DNA of 61,909 nucleotides, the filler included. It is 3 parts of 3 records of this genome, joined end to end, with 100 filler letters (N's around TTAATTAATTAA, not from the genome) between each part and the next. Parts side by side here need not be neighbours in the genome. Positions count along the whole stretch, not along the records: positions 28,956 to 50,723 come from SRR31156797_6004; 2 more parts are not named here. One strand, written 5' to 3'. The translations under genes and the position numbers were made by a program. Shown in pieces: positions 32,275 to 42,834 of this stretch. Within the stretch, counting starts at the first letter, position 1. Each line of letters starts with the position of its first letter. The notes under the pieces are model-generated. The model did not search any database and had not been told where the DNA came from. It was given only the letters and a program-made list of their open reading frames with translations.

Positions 32275-32439
32275 AACACAGCATAATACCTGCGTGCTAG
32301 CAAAAGGCCCTTGTAGTAAATTTGGCTCAGTTGAGTTTTTTTTGAAGGTCTTAATAAGTAAGCCATTCGTTCTTTAACTGGAGACGTTAATAGCAAGCAA
32401 AAAAGAGTAGTGTATAACATGAATTTTATTTAATAAAAT

Positions 32440-33936
32440 ATGAGAATTAAAGTTCTAGGAAGGTATGCAAAACCACCAAATAATTCTATCAACACAATAT
32501 TCCTGACATGGGATAATTGGAATGATTTTTCATTTTACACATTATTCGGGATGCTTTACGTGGATGATTCTTCTAAAGTTCATGAAATTGGAGCAACAAA
32601 AATTGGGTACTTTGGACAATCTGAACAAGACAGAGGCATCTCAATTGGAGATGAATTTGAAAGATTAGATAAAACCTTTTTCTCATTAGGTCAATCAGAT
32701 TTATATTATTCAAATCTTAATGCCCTCGGTGATATAAAAAGAGATTTAATCCTTGATGTTTTAAATGATATAGCAAAAAATGAATTCTTATATGAAAAAG
32801 CGGTAAAAGAACGGGTAACAAGAATTTCTCTTTTTAGGTTTATTAGTCCTGCAACGGTTAAATCTCAATTTAAAAGGATTGCCTTAGGAGGTGTTCGCTT
32901 AACCGAATATGATTTTAGATTTATTGCTCCAAAAATCAGAAAAGATTCTTCTAACTTTGATATGAATTTTAGTGTTGTGCCAGAATCTTTCCCACCAACA
33001 AATATTCATGTTCTTATTGGTAGAAATGGAGTTGGGAAAACACACCTAACTAATAACATGATTAATGCTTTATTAGATATTAAAACTTCAAAAAATGGAG
33101 TATTCGAGTTTCAAGACGAGGATGATAATGAATTTGCAAATTTAATTTCAGTATCGTTCAGTGCTTTTGATGATATGGAACCTCGACCAGAGAAAAAAGA
33201 CAAAACTAAAGGATTGCAATATTCATATATCGGACTTAAACATATAGAATCAATAAAAGAAAATATTTTAGGGACAAAAAGCACTACGAAGCTTAAAAAT
33301 GAATTTTATAAAAGCTTATATTACTGCAGAAGTTCAAAAAAAATCAGATGGAAAACAGGTATTGAAATGTTAGAGTCTGACCCAAATTTTAAAGATGCTG
33401 ATATAAAATATTTGATTGATATTGAAGATGATGATGAATTCAAAAAAGAATCTTTTAATATTTTCCATAGATTAAGTTCTGGTCATAAGATTGTACTTTT
33501 AACAATAACAAGATTGATAGAAACTTTGCAGGAAAAATCCCTAGTTCTAATTGATGAACCTGAAGCTCATTTACATCCACCGCTTCTATCTGCATTTGTT
33601 CGCGCATTATCCGAGTTATTAATTTCTACTAATGGAGTAGCAATTATTGCAACACATTCACCAGTTATCCTTCAAGAAGTTCCTAAAAGCTGTGCATGGA
33701 AACTTAGACGAATTGGAGCTGAAGCAGTTTCTGAGAGATTAACAACTGAAACTTTTGGTGAAAATGTTGGTGTTTTAACAAATGAAGTTTTTGGACTTGA
33801 GGTGACTAATTCTGGATTTTATAAAATTCTAGATAAAGTCGCTAATGAGAAAGATACTTACGAAGAAGTAATTGAATATTTTAATGGTCAATTAGGTATG
33901 GAAGCTAGAGCTATACTTATGACTTATTTTGCTTAA
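32440..33936 (+). CDS. ABC-type (AAA_21) ATPase, PtuA/Septu-like
   Basis: Walker A GRNGVGKT, signature LSSGHK, Walker B LIDEPEAHLHP, IATHSP; upstream of an HNH gene. Confidence 0.82.
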   Translation: MRIKVLGRYAKPPNNSINTIFLTWDNWNDFSFYTLFGMLYVDDSSKVHEIGATKIGYFGQSEQDRGISIGDEFERLDKTFFSLGQSDLYYSNLNALGDIKRDLILDVLNDIAKNEFLYEKAVKERVTRISLFRFISPATVKSQFKRIALGGVRLTEYDFRFIAPKIRKDSSNFDMNFSVVPESFPPTNIHVLIGRNGVGKTHLTNNMINALLDIKTSKNGVFEFQDEDDNEFANLISVSFSAFDDMEPRPEKKDKTKGLQYSYIGLKHIESIKENILGTKSTTKLKNEFYKSLYYCRSSKKIRWKTGIEMLESDPNFKDADIKYLIDIEDDDEFKKESFNIFHRLSSGHKIVLLTITRLIETLQEKSLVLIDEPEAHLHPPLLSAFVRALSELLISTNGVAIIATHSPVILQEVPKSCAWKLRRIGAEAVSERLTTETFGENVGVLTNEVFGLEVTNSGFYKILDKVANEKDTYEEVIEYFNGQLGMEARAILMTYFA

Positions 33937-33939
33937 AAT

Positions 33940-34782
33940 ATGAAGAAAGTTAAAAAACCGGAAATTAAAGCTAAGGATGCATATTTAACTTGCATAAGTA
34001 TTATTCGTAATGCTGATTTAAAAAATAGATTGTATGCTTGTAAAGATTTAATAGAACAAGCCGAGATGGAATTTGACACAAAAGCAACAGGGGAACTACA
34101 TACAATAAATTCAGAGCTAGAAGTAAATGGAAATGTTACAGCAAAAGAATTAGAAAAAGTGTATACTGCACGTATGGTCAAAAAAGATGTTCCTGGTAGA
34201 GTAATTTATGATAAGTTAATATCAGCTCCTAAATTAGGCATTTGCCCTTTATGTTCTCATCGGTTAGTTGAAACACTAGACCATTATTTGCCCAAATCTG
34301 AATTCCCCAGATTATCAACATCTCCCCTTAATTTAGTTCCATCATGTTATACGTGCAATAAAGCAAAATTAACTAGCACTCCAAATAAAGCTGAAGAGGA
34401 AACTTTACACCCCTATTATGATGATATTGAAAATGATCATTGGTTAGCTGCAAAAGTTAATTATACAACTCCACCTACAATTTCTTTTTTTGTTTCCACT
34501 CCAAAAAAATGGTCGAGTTTATTAAAAGAAAGAGTCAATAATCACTTCAACTCATTGTCGTTAAGTAAACTATATTCAACCCAATCAGCTGTTCTTTTAA
34601 GAAGTTTGCTTCAAAGACTTGATTCTATTTATAGTAAATTAGGACGAGATGGGGTTCGAGTATATTTGCAGGAAGAAGCTGAAAGTAGATATTTGGATGA
34701 TAAAAATTCATGGCAAACTGCATTCTACAAAGCCGCTTCTCTTGATGATTGGTTTTGTGATGGAGGGTTCAAATTAGAATAA
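33940..34782 (+). CDS. HNH endonuclease, PtuB/Septu-like
   Basis: CPLC...LDHYLPKS...NLVPSCYTCNKAK; 3 bp after the ATPase stop. Confidence 0.82.
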   Translation: MKKVKKPEIKAKDAYLTCISIIRNADLKNRLYACKDLIEQAEMEFDTKATGELHTINSELEVNGNVTAKELEKVYTARMVKKDVPGRVIYDKLISAPKLGICPLCSHRLVETLDHYLPKSEFPRLSTSPLNLVPSCYTCNKAKLTSTPNKAEEETLHPYYDDIENDHWLAAKVNYTTPPTISFFVSTPKKWSSLLKERVNNHFNSLSLSKLYSTQSAVLLRSLLQRLDSIYSKLGRDGVRVYLQEEAESRYLDDKNSWQTAFYKAASLDDWFCDGGFKLE

Positions 34783-34828
34783 AAAGTATAAACGGATGAC
34801 AATTAACTGATATTTGAAATTTTAAATT

Positions 34829-36883
34829 ATGGCTGAAGAAATAAAAGAAAAACAATTAATGGAATTAGACCTAAAAGGTAGAATTAAAAGAACAAAACTA
34901 CCTTTAAGTGATTGTTTATATCCATTATTTGAGGCAATTGTAAATTCTATTCATGCTATTGAGGATAATAAAACTAAAAATGGTCAAATTAAAATTATTA
35001 TTGAAAGAGAAAATGAAATCGCTTTTGAAGATAATAATCCTTACTTTAATCCGATTAAATCTTTCAAAGTAGTTGATAATGGAATTGGCTTTAATGATGA
35101 TAATTTCACCTCATTTAAAAGAGAATATACGACACATAAAGAAGAAAGAGGCTCAAAAGGAATTGGACGTTTTTTATGGTTAAAAGCCTTTGAAACAGTA
35201 AAGATTGAAAGTGTATTTAATGAAGGGAATGAATATAAAAAACGTAGTTTTAATTTTGCATTAATTCATGACGGTATAGCAAAACATGAAATACACACAA
35301 ATGGCTTTCATAAAAACTTAACATCTGTTCATTTAATTAATTTTAAATCAGATTATCAAAATGAATGTCCCAAGAAACCTACTACTATTGCAAATAGGAT
35401 ATTAGAACATTGTTTAATATACTTCTTAAATAAAAGCTGTCCAGATATTATACTTCAAAATGACAATGGGAAAAAAATTATATTAAATGAGTTGTTTGCC
35501 AAAAATATTGCACCGACTAAGATTACTGATAAATTTAAAGTGGAAGGACAACCTTTTATAGTTACAACTCTTAAAGTTTATGAGAGTGACGAAATAAGAA
35601 ATCATTTAATTCATTATTGTGCTAATAAAAGGCAGGTTGAAAATTATAGTGTTTCAGAGATTATTCCAGACTTAAAAGACAAAATAAATGATGAAAATGA
35701 TAATAGAGGTTATTATTTTGTAACGTATATAGAGGGTACGTACTTTGACAACCATGATAATTTAAATGATGAACGTACACAAATTATATTTGCCAAAAAG
35801 CGTGCTTTAAAATTTGATTATATATTAGAAGAAGACCTACAATGCAAAATTATTGAGGTAATAAATCAAAACTTCAAGGTAACTGTGGAGAGAATAAAGG
35901 AGGAGAAATTAACTTTTTTAAGAGACTTTATTAAAAGAAAGACACCTCAATATCAAGCTTTATTAAAATATTCAGACACATTAACTGACATTCAATTTAC
36001 TCCAGCAAATACCCAACAAGAGATAGAACTAAAACTTTTTAAAGCGTTTCAGAAAATTGAACTTTCATCAAGAATACATATGAAGGAAGTTACAGAAACT
36101 GTTGTTAATGATGATTCTATTGACTTTTGGGAGAAAAAGAAAAAAATCATTTCTGCTATCGAAGAAGCAAATGAAATAGGCAAATCTAAACTATCTCAAT
36201 ATGTGGTACATAGGAAATTGATATTAGATTTATTTAGTAAAACCTTAAACCAAAAAGAGGATGGTAAATACAGTTTAGAAGATAGTGTTCATGATATTAT
36301 TTTTCCAAGAAAATCGACTTCAGATGATGTAGAATATGAGAAACAAAATCTATGGATTATTGATGAAAAACTTGCCTTTCATTCATATCTTTCATCAGAA
36401 AAACCGCTTAACACAAAGAAAAGTAGTGGTGCGTTAGATAGACCTGATATTATAATTTATGACAATCCAAATGTTTTCATTGAAGGTTCTAGTGCTTTTA
36501 ATTCAATAGTTATTATTGAATTCAAAAAGCCTATGCGAAATAAATATTCTAATGAAGAGAATCCATTTGAACAAGTTTTTAGATATATTAGAAAGATAAA
36601 GGATGGAAAAGCCATTGATAAAAATGGTCGTCCAATTGAAGTTGCTGAAAATACTAGATTCTATTGTTATATCATTTGTGATATTACTCCAAAAATTAGA
36701 GAAATGGCTGAGATAAATGCAGGTTTAACAAAATCACCGGAGGGAGATTCTTACTTTGGATACAATCCGACATTTAAAAGTTATGTTGAACTAATTTCTT
36801 ATAATAGAGTTTATGAAACAGCAAAAATGAGAAACAAGATTTTATTCGATAAATTAGGTATCACTCTGGAGGAAGAAGAATAA
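34829..36883 (+). CDS. GHKL ATPase fused to C-terminal PD-(D/E)xK nuclease
   Basis: EAIVNSIHA, DNGIGF, GSKGIGRF Bergerat motifs; DRPDIII...IIEFKKP. Confidence 0.78.
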   Translation: MAEEIKEKQLMELDLKGRIKRTKLPLSDCLYPLFEAIVNSIHAIEDNKTKNGQIKIIIERENEIAFEDNNPYFNPIKSFKVVDNGIGFNDDNFTSFKREYTTHKEERGSKGIGRFLWLKAFETVKIESVFNEGNEYKKRSFNFALIHDGIAKHEIHTNGFHKNLTSVHLINFKSDYQNECPKKPTTIANRILEHCLIYFLNKSCPDIILQNDNGKKIILNELFAKNIAPTKITDKFKVEGQPFIVTTLKVYESDEIRNHLIHYCANKRQVENYSVSEIIPDLKDKINDENDNRGYYFVTYIEGTYFDNHDNLNDERTQIIFAKKRALKFDYILEEDLQCKIIEVINQNFKVTVERIKEEKLTFLRDFIKRKTPQYQALLKYSDTLTDIQFTPANTQQEIELKLFKAFQKIELSSRIHMKEVTETVVNDDSIDFWEKKKKIISAIEEANEIGKSKLSQYVVHRKLILDLFSKTLNQKEDGKYSLEDSVHDIIFPRKSTSDDVEYEKQNLWIIDEKLAFHSYLSSEKPLNTKKSSGALDRPDIIIYDNPNVFIEGSSAFNSIVIIEFKKPMRNKYSNEENPFEQVFRYIRKIKDGKAIDKNGRPIEVAENTRFYCYIICDITPKIREMAEINAGLTKSPEGDSYFGYNPTFKSYVELISYNRVYETAKMRNKILFDKLGITLEEEE

Positions 36884-36995
36884 TACCATTTGCAAATCTA
36901 AAGGATTAGATGGCCAGTTAACTGAATAGTAAACTGGAGAACCTCTCACACTCCTCTCACTAGCTCAAGCTTGTAGCTCTTGATTTAAAAAACAC

Positions 36996-37028
36996 AAAAA
37001 AGCCGCCTGCTTCCGCAAACGGCTTTCT
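36996..37028 (-). terminator. Intrinsic terminator
   Basis: aaaaagccgcctgcttccgcaaacggctttc. Confidence 0.6.
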
Positions 37029-37078
37029 GTTTCTAGTATCTAATTGGTCTATCCCGATTATTCGATGAATAATGCGGG

Positions 37079-40000
37079 TTATTTCTGTACTTGTATCTTC
37101 TTACTTACACGTGATTTACCATCACTAATGTGGGCAATGTATACACCTGTAGGCATATCAGTAATGTCAATTTTCAATGTGGCATTTGGGGCATTGTTGT
37201 ATTGTTTCTGGTAAACCAAACGGCCATCAATGCTTACAATTTTCACATCAATTGTTCCCTGTAAGGCGTCTTTTACCTGCATTTTGAATACGCCTTTATT
37301 TGGATTTGGATAAATATTTACGTTATTAGCGGTAAGGGTGGTTTCCTCTACGCCTATGCCAATATTATAAATATTCAAATCATCGATTACCCAACCCCAG
37401 CTGTTTACTGCTTCGTCGGTGAATAAACGGAAACGCACCAATACAGTATCGCCAATGTCAAATGTATTGCGCATTTCAATCTGGTGCGTAATAAACATAT
37501 CGCTGGTTCCTGAGCCTCCTGTATTGTAGGTACTTAACCATGTACCGTTAGAAGTGGCATCGTATCCGTCAATCATTTCTTCCCAGTTTACACCATCGGT
37601 ACTTCCTTCCACAATCACATAATCCCAGAAGTTATTATCACCATAACTTGATCCGGGATCGCCAGGCTCTACAATGGCCACATCTTTGTATTCCAAAATC
37701 ACGCTATTTCCCTGAATGGCAATCGGAATATTCAACATCATGGTATAGTTATTTCCATCTGAATAAGGGTGCAATGAATGAATGGCACCATCATCGAATC
37801 CACTTTGTGTGGCAATTTCAAATCCATCGGCATAAAAGTCGGTGGTGGCTGCATTAAAGTCATTCTCATAGGCCAACACAGCTTCTCCAAAATTGAAAAT
37901 AACGGTAGTCGATTTCAATGATTTATAGGTCTTACCATCAACATAGGCAACCAACTGTATGTCAATTTCATCAGTCATGTCGGTTGTAAATTCATAATCA
38001 ATGGTTTCAACAGAAGCATTGGCGGGAACAGTAGCAGCATAGGTATCATTCAACAATATTTGTAATGAATCATAGGCATCTCGCAATTCAATCTCAGCAA
38101 TCAACGTGGTAGATTTTGCTTTCACACCCTGACCAACATTTGCAATTCTTGGTACGCGCACAATATCAGGATATTCATATGTATCTAATTCAGGAATGGT
38201 AGCTGTCCAAATACCACGTCCAAATGTCCCCAACACAACCATATCGTCCACAATTTTCATATCCCATACAGAAACTGCTGGGAAATCACCGGCTATCAAG
38301 CTCCATGTGGCACCTTCATCTGCTGATTCAAATATTCCAATCTCAGTAGCTACCCAAATAATATCTGTATCATAAGGCATCACAAGTACATCATACACAG
38401 CCACATCAGGGAATCCTGTACTGGTACTTGATTCGCTATAACCTGAAATATCGGTCCATGTTTGTCCTAAGTCATCAGTGCGCAGTACCTTTGCATTATT
38501 CTGAATAGAAAATGTGGCAAAGAAGGTAGAATCCAACGTAGGGTGACTGGAAATACCTGTCACATAACCTAAATCATCAAAGTCGTTACAAGGTGTAAAT
38601 GTCAATCCACCATCTGTAGACACATGAATATGCGAAGTGCCATCCATACGTCCGCCCACCATTACATGCTGTGGGTTGGCAATAGATACATTCACATCCA
38701 TACCGCTCCAAAAACCAAAGGCTGGCTCATCGATGTAGGTCATTTGCCATTGGGCACCAAAATTATCTGTACGCCCCACACCCATACTTGTAACGGCATA
38801 AATTACGTCATTATCAGATTTAGAGCTGGCCAAACGAGTAACAAATGGCCCATTACCTTCCAGACCAACCGTAGCCTGGTAACCATTTCCACCACCATCA
38901 GTAGTAGCAAAAATGCCATTATACTGCGATGAAGCCATCAATTTATTTGGGTCATCATAATGCCAAATAGCTTCAAATCCATCACCACCCATTAACGACT
39001 GATATTCAGAAGTTTCATCAGGCTCAGATCCCGGGTTCATATAGCCCCAGGTTCCGTTATCTTGTGTACCACCGATAAACATGCTCAAGTCATTGGCTTT
39101 ATCCACGCCATAAAACTGTGTGGTATTATAACCTTGTCCTACAGACACCCATGTACCATCTGCAAATCCCGGATCAGTTGAAAGGTTAGAGAGGTACAAT
39201 CCACCATCGTTTCCATTCATAATACGGAACTCCTCATTATCTCCCTTAATGGCCGTAATATTATGGTGATCAACGTGTACATTACTGTTTTTTCCATCTA
39301 TTGCAAAATAACTATCCGTTACGTGCTCAGTGGTTCTGGTTACAGTGCCGGTGCCTACCCCATTCAGTGTAATGCGCCAAAGGTTAATACCTCCTACGTA
39401 CACCACGTTATCATTGTAAGGATTAGAAAGGATAGTATTATCGTACCATCCCTGAGCCACCAACCAATCGGGCGCTGCACCTGACTCTTCCAATACCAAT
39501 TGCCAGGTTTCTCCGGCATCCTGTGAAATATAGAAATCTGAGTTATTACCTGTGGCATCTCCTTCCACAGAGGCGTATAAAATATCGGTATTATTTTGGG
39601 CAATGGCCAACTCCACACGTCTAAAATCTCCGGTAAATCCTGCATCATACAACGTCCATGTTTCACCTTTGTCGGTAGATTTCATCACACCCATACCCAT
39701 CACACTGGCATAGAGAATATTAAAATCGTACGGATCAGCAATGATATGTTGCACATTTCCAGCATCCTGGTATTCAATCACTTCAGAATATTTCACTTCC
39801 CAATTCTCACCTCCGTCTGTGGTTTTAAGAATGGTAGATGTAATATCTTCACCATTTTGGTTGGTCGGATGATAATTAGCCGAAACCACACATGCAATTA
39901 CGATATCAGGATTGGCCGGATCAACCACTAAACGGTTTACTGTGCGTAAGTCAGGAACTGTAGTTGTATCGAACAGTGTCCATGTCACACCTTTATCGGT

Positions 40001-40555
40001 AGTTTTTAGAATTCCACCACCTGAAAGGTTTGAGATACCAGACATTCCGCGTTCACCCGTACCCACATAAATTACGTTGGTATTGGAGTCGCACATATCC
40101 ATGGTAGAAATGGATAGATTAGGGAAGCCATCTGAGATATACTCCCAATTGTCGCCACCATCAATGGTTTTCCATACGCCACCACTGGCACCACCGGCAA
40201 ACCACGTGTTTTGTGTAGCATCATCCGGATCAATGATAATGGCACGCGTACGTCCCGGAACATTGGCCGGTCCTCGCTCCTGCCATGTAATAGATTTTAC
40301 AGCAGAACGCTTTTGGTTTTGCTTAGCATATTGCAGGGCACGAAGCTGGTAATTGTTGTCATAAGAAGGAAACTGTTCACCTGCTTTGGTACGAATCGCA
40401 TTATGGTATTTCACGTACTCGTTAGGATTATCGAAGCCAATTTTTTTCTGCTTCGTTGGGGTTTCTTCAATGTTTTGTCCAATCCATACAATGGACCCGA
40501 CAGTAACAATGGCAGCGAGCGCTACCGCAAGGGTTTTTAATAATCTTTTCTTCAT
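37079..40555 (-). CDS. T9SS-secreted BNR/sortilin-like (GH74-like) beta-propeller protein
   Basis: Many [S/T]xDxGxTW Asp-box repeats, HVDHH, GGTQDNG, GTFGRGIW; C-terminal IYPNPN sorting domain. Confidence 0.85.
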   Translation of the reverse strand: MKKRLLKTLAVALAAIVTVGSIVWIGQNIEETPTKQKKIGFDNPNEYVKYHNAIRTKAGEQFPSYDNNYQLRALQYAKQNQKRSAVKSITWQERGPANVPGRTRAIIIDPDDATQNTWFAGGASGGVWKTIDGGDNWEYISDGFPNLSISTMDMCDSNTNVIYVGTGERGMSGISNLSGGGILKTTDKGVTWTLFDTTTVPDLRTVNRLVVDPANPDIVIACVVSANYHPTNQNGEDITSTILKTTDGGENWEVKYSEVIEYQDAGNVQHIIADPYDFNILYASVMGMGVMKSTDKGETWTLYDAGFTGDFRRVELAIAQNNTDILYASVEGDATGNNSDFYISQDAGETWQLVLEESGAAPDWLVAQGWYDNTILSNPYNDNVVYVGGINLWRITLNGVGTGTVTRTTEHVTDSYFAIDGKNSNVHVDHHNITAIKGDNEEFRIMNGNDGGLYLSNLSTDPGFADGTWVSVGQGYNTTQFYGVDKANDLSMFIGGTQDNGTWGYMNPGSEPDETSEYQSLMGGDGFEAIWHYDDPNKLMASSQYNGIFATTDGGGNGYQATVGLEGNGPFVTRLASSKSDNDVIYAVTSMGVGRTDNFGAQWQMTYIDEPAFGFWSGMDVNVSIANPQHVMVGGRMDGTSHIHVSTDGGLTFTPCNDFDDLGYVTGISSHPTLDSTFFATFSIQNNAKVLRTDDLGQTWTDISGYSESSTSTGFPDVAVYDVLVMPYDTDIIWVATEIGIFESADEGATWSLIAGDFPAVSVWDMKIVDDMVVLGTFGRGIWTATIPELDTYEYPDIVRVPRIANVGQGVKAKSTTLIAEIELRDAYDSLQILLNDTYAATVPANASVETIDYEFTTDMTDEIDIQLVAYVDGKTYKSLKSTTVIFNFGEAVLAYENDFNAATTDFYADGFEIATQSGFDDGAIHSLHPYSDGNNYTMMLNIPIAIQGNSVILEYKDVAIVEPGDPGSSYGDNNFWDYVIVEGSTDGVNWEEMIDGYDATSNGTWLSTYNTGGSGTSDMFITHQIEMRNTFDIGDTVLVRFRLFTDEAVNSWGWVIDDLNIYNIGIGVEETTLTANNVNIYPNPNKGVFKMQVKDALQGTIDVKIVSIDGRLVYQKQYNNAPNATLKIDITDMPTGVYIAHISDGKSRVSKKIQVQK

Positions 40556-40787
40556 GGTAAATTTATTAATCAAAGCTGGTACGCACCCACTTCAGAACAT
40601 ACAAAAGCTTTGAAATGATACAATAGTTTAATTGTGTGGGTTAATAGAATTCGTCCCTATTTCAAACAAAAACGAAAACGGTAATCAAATTTCGACAATT
40701 ATTATCTAAATAAACGATTTTAATTGCTCCGTTAACATTTTTTTATGTAAATGACGCATTAGAATGGGTAAAAGTTACTATGAACTT

Positions 40788-40845
40788 GTTTCAGGTTTCA
40801 AGTTTCAGGTTATAACTTGGAACTTGAAACCTGAAACTTGAAACT
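40788..40845. repeat. Inverted heptamer repeat (GTTTCAG/A)n-(C/TTGAAAC)n
   Basis: gtttcaggtttcaagtttcaggtt-at-aacttggaacttgaaacctgaaac forms a long hairpin overlapping the adjacent gene's stop codon. Confidence 0.85.
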
Positions 40846-41971
40846 ATTTCGCAATATCAAACCCCGTATCCAGCCACATATAAATATCCGCAGGCAAATC
40901 GTTAATCCGCTCCTTGCTGCGTTTATGTCCGAGACGAACAATTACAAGATCTTTGTCAGGAACAATAAATACATATTGACCTAAAATTCCTCTCATATAA
41001 TATACTTTGTGACCTTTGTGGGTAAGCATCCACCATTGGTAGCCATAAAAATCTACCGGTTTATTGTCGTCTTTATTAATAAGGTGACTAGCCGGAGTTA
41101 AAGACTTTTTCAACCACTCAGAAGAAATAACTTGTTGGCCATTCCATTTACCGTCATTCAATATCAGCTGACCAAATCTGGCAAAATCGCGGGCATTACT
41201 ATTGAAGCAGCAATAGGCTTTTTCAATTCCACCTTCCCGATCCAGGTTCCATAAAGCATCATGCTTGGCTCCTATTTTTTTCCAAAGCTTTTCAGAGGCA
41301 TATTCAGCCAATGATTTTCCAGTTGCATTGCGGATAATGATGGCCAATAACTCAGTATCGCCACTAAAGTAATGGTATTTCTTACCTGGTTCTCCTTTAA
41401 CCTTAAGCTTAAGAATCATTTTTTCGAGCTTCCGGCCATAATATGCCTTTGTGGTTTTACTCCATGGATTAGCATATGCTTCATGCCAGTTAAGTCCGGA
41501 ACTCATGGTGAGTACATCCTTAATTTTCAATTTCCCATTAGTTTCGTTATCATATTCAGGCACATATTGCTTCACAAAATCTTCTTCAGAACCAATTTTG
41601 CCTTCATCAATTGCGGCACCAATTAACAGACTCACAATACTTTTAGCCATGGAGAATGAATTACTAATGGAGCTATCGGAATAATTATCCCAGTAGTTTT
41701 CATACAGAATTTTCTCATTTTGAATTACAACATAAGCCACTGATTTCAAATCCATAAACTGATCAAAAGTCTCCTTAGGTAAGGTATATTTATTGTAATT
41801 GGCTGCCTTTTCCCACGGATCATGTTCTCCGGCTTCAATTACGCGGTTTTTGAAAATTTTGTAATCATCGATATTCACTTTTTGGTAAATCAGTGCACGC
41901 CAGAAATATCCGCATGAAGTGAATGTCAAAAATGCAATAGAAATTAATATTATTAGTCTATACCTTTTCAT
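40844..41971 (-). CDS. Serine hydrolase, class C beta-lactamase/6-aminohexanoate-hydrolase-like lipoprotein
   Basis: SMAK (SxxK), LTMSSGL, YHYFS, ARDFARFG, GILGQY; lipobox FTSC. Confidence 0.88.
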   Translation of the reverse strand: MKRYRLIILISIAFLTFTSCGYFWRALIYQKVNIDDYKIFKNRVIEAGEHDPWEKAANYNKYTLPKETFDQFMDLKSVAYVVIQNEKILYENYWDNYSDSSISNSFSMAKSIVSLLIGAAIDEGKIGSEEDFVKQYVPEYDNETNGKLKIKDVLTMSSGLNWHEAYANPWSKTTKAYYGRKLEKMILKLKVKGEPGKKYHYFSGDTELLAIIIRNATGKSLAEYASEKLWKKIGAKHDALWNLDREGGIEKAYCCFNSNARDFARFGQLILNDGKWNGQQVISSEWLKKSLTPASHLINKDDNKPVDFYGYQWWMLTHKGHKVYYMRGILGQYVFIVPDKDLVIVRLGHKRSKERINDLPADIYMWLDTGFDIAK

Positions 41972-42244
41972 GGTTATGCGTTTTGAAAATTAGTAGTTCA
42001 ATTTATAGGTTTCTTGCAAAAATTCAAAGTTAAATAAAAATATACTTTACTAATTTAGATCAAGTTAAAATTACACATGAAATTTCAACCAAAAACAACA
42101 CACAACATTCTGTTTATCAGCGCACAAACCCGTCACAAAACTTAATACCTAAAGTTGAGATTTATTGGAAGTTTCATGAAGCCAAATAATTATCTATTTT
42201 TGAGACGCTAAATGAAAACATTGTTAACCTTAAGTTTTATCCTT

Positions 42245-42781
42245 ATGAAAAAAATTGTATTAGTAATTGCACTATTTGCAATGAGCGTGTCATTATTTGC
42301 AGGCAATGACATTTTAACATTAAACAACAAAAAGGCCTTTAAAGGTGAAGTTACCAGAGTTACCAATAATATTGTTGTTTTTAAAGCAGGTGGAGAACGT
42401 TACAAAGTTCCTTCAAGTGAAGTTTACACCATTGAGTTTTCAAATGCTGAAAGCAGAGCTTATAAAAAGTATTTAAAATGGGCAAACTCATCAAGTTCAA
42501 ACTGTGAAAAAGGTAAAGCAGACGCCAAAGCTTTTCACGGTAAAAAAGGTGGTCACTTTGTATTAGGTTTCTTATTTGGGCCATTCGCCATGCTTGGTAC
42601 ACTAGCAAGTAATCCTACACCTCAGCGTGGTAAGAGTACTTTTATGTCTTCTGAGAACAAACAACTATTTACCGATCCTGAATATTTAAATTGCTACAGA
42701 AAAACAGCTAAGAAACAATTAATTGGCATGGAAGCTCTTGGGTGGGGTGCATGGATTGTAATTGTATTAGCAACAATGTAA
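42245..42781 (+). CDS. Hypothetical exported/membrane protein
   Basis: Signal-peptide-like N-terminus (MKKIVLV), two C-terminal hydrophobic segments. Confidence 0.6.
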   Translation: MKKIVLVIALFAMSVSLFAGNDILTLNNKKAFKGEVTRVTNNIVVFKAGGERYKVPSSEVYTIEFSNAESRAYKKYLKWANSSSSNCEKGKADAKAFHGKKGGHFVLGFLFGPFAMLGTLASNPTPQRGKSTFMSSENKQLFTDPEYLNCYRKTAKKQLIGMEALGWGAWIVIVLATM

Positions 42782-42834
42782 CCATCTAAAATAAAATATT
42801 TAAAAAGCCTGGAATTATTTATTTCAGGCTTTTT

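Noticed and set aside
32275-34782. Retron-associated PtuAB
   Set aside because: No reverse transcriptase in the window and no clear msr-msd inverted repeats
40844-41971. Antibiotic-resistance beta-lactamase
   Set aside because: Motifs fit the broad serine hydrolase/esterase family; nothing specifically supports beta-lactam hydrolysis
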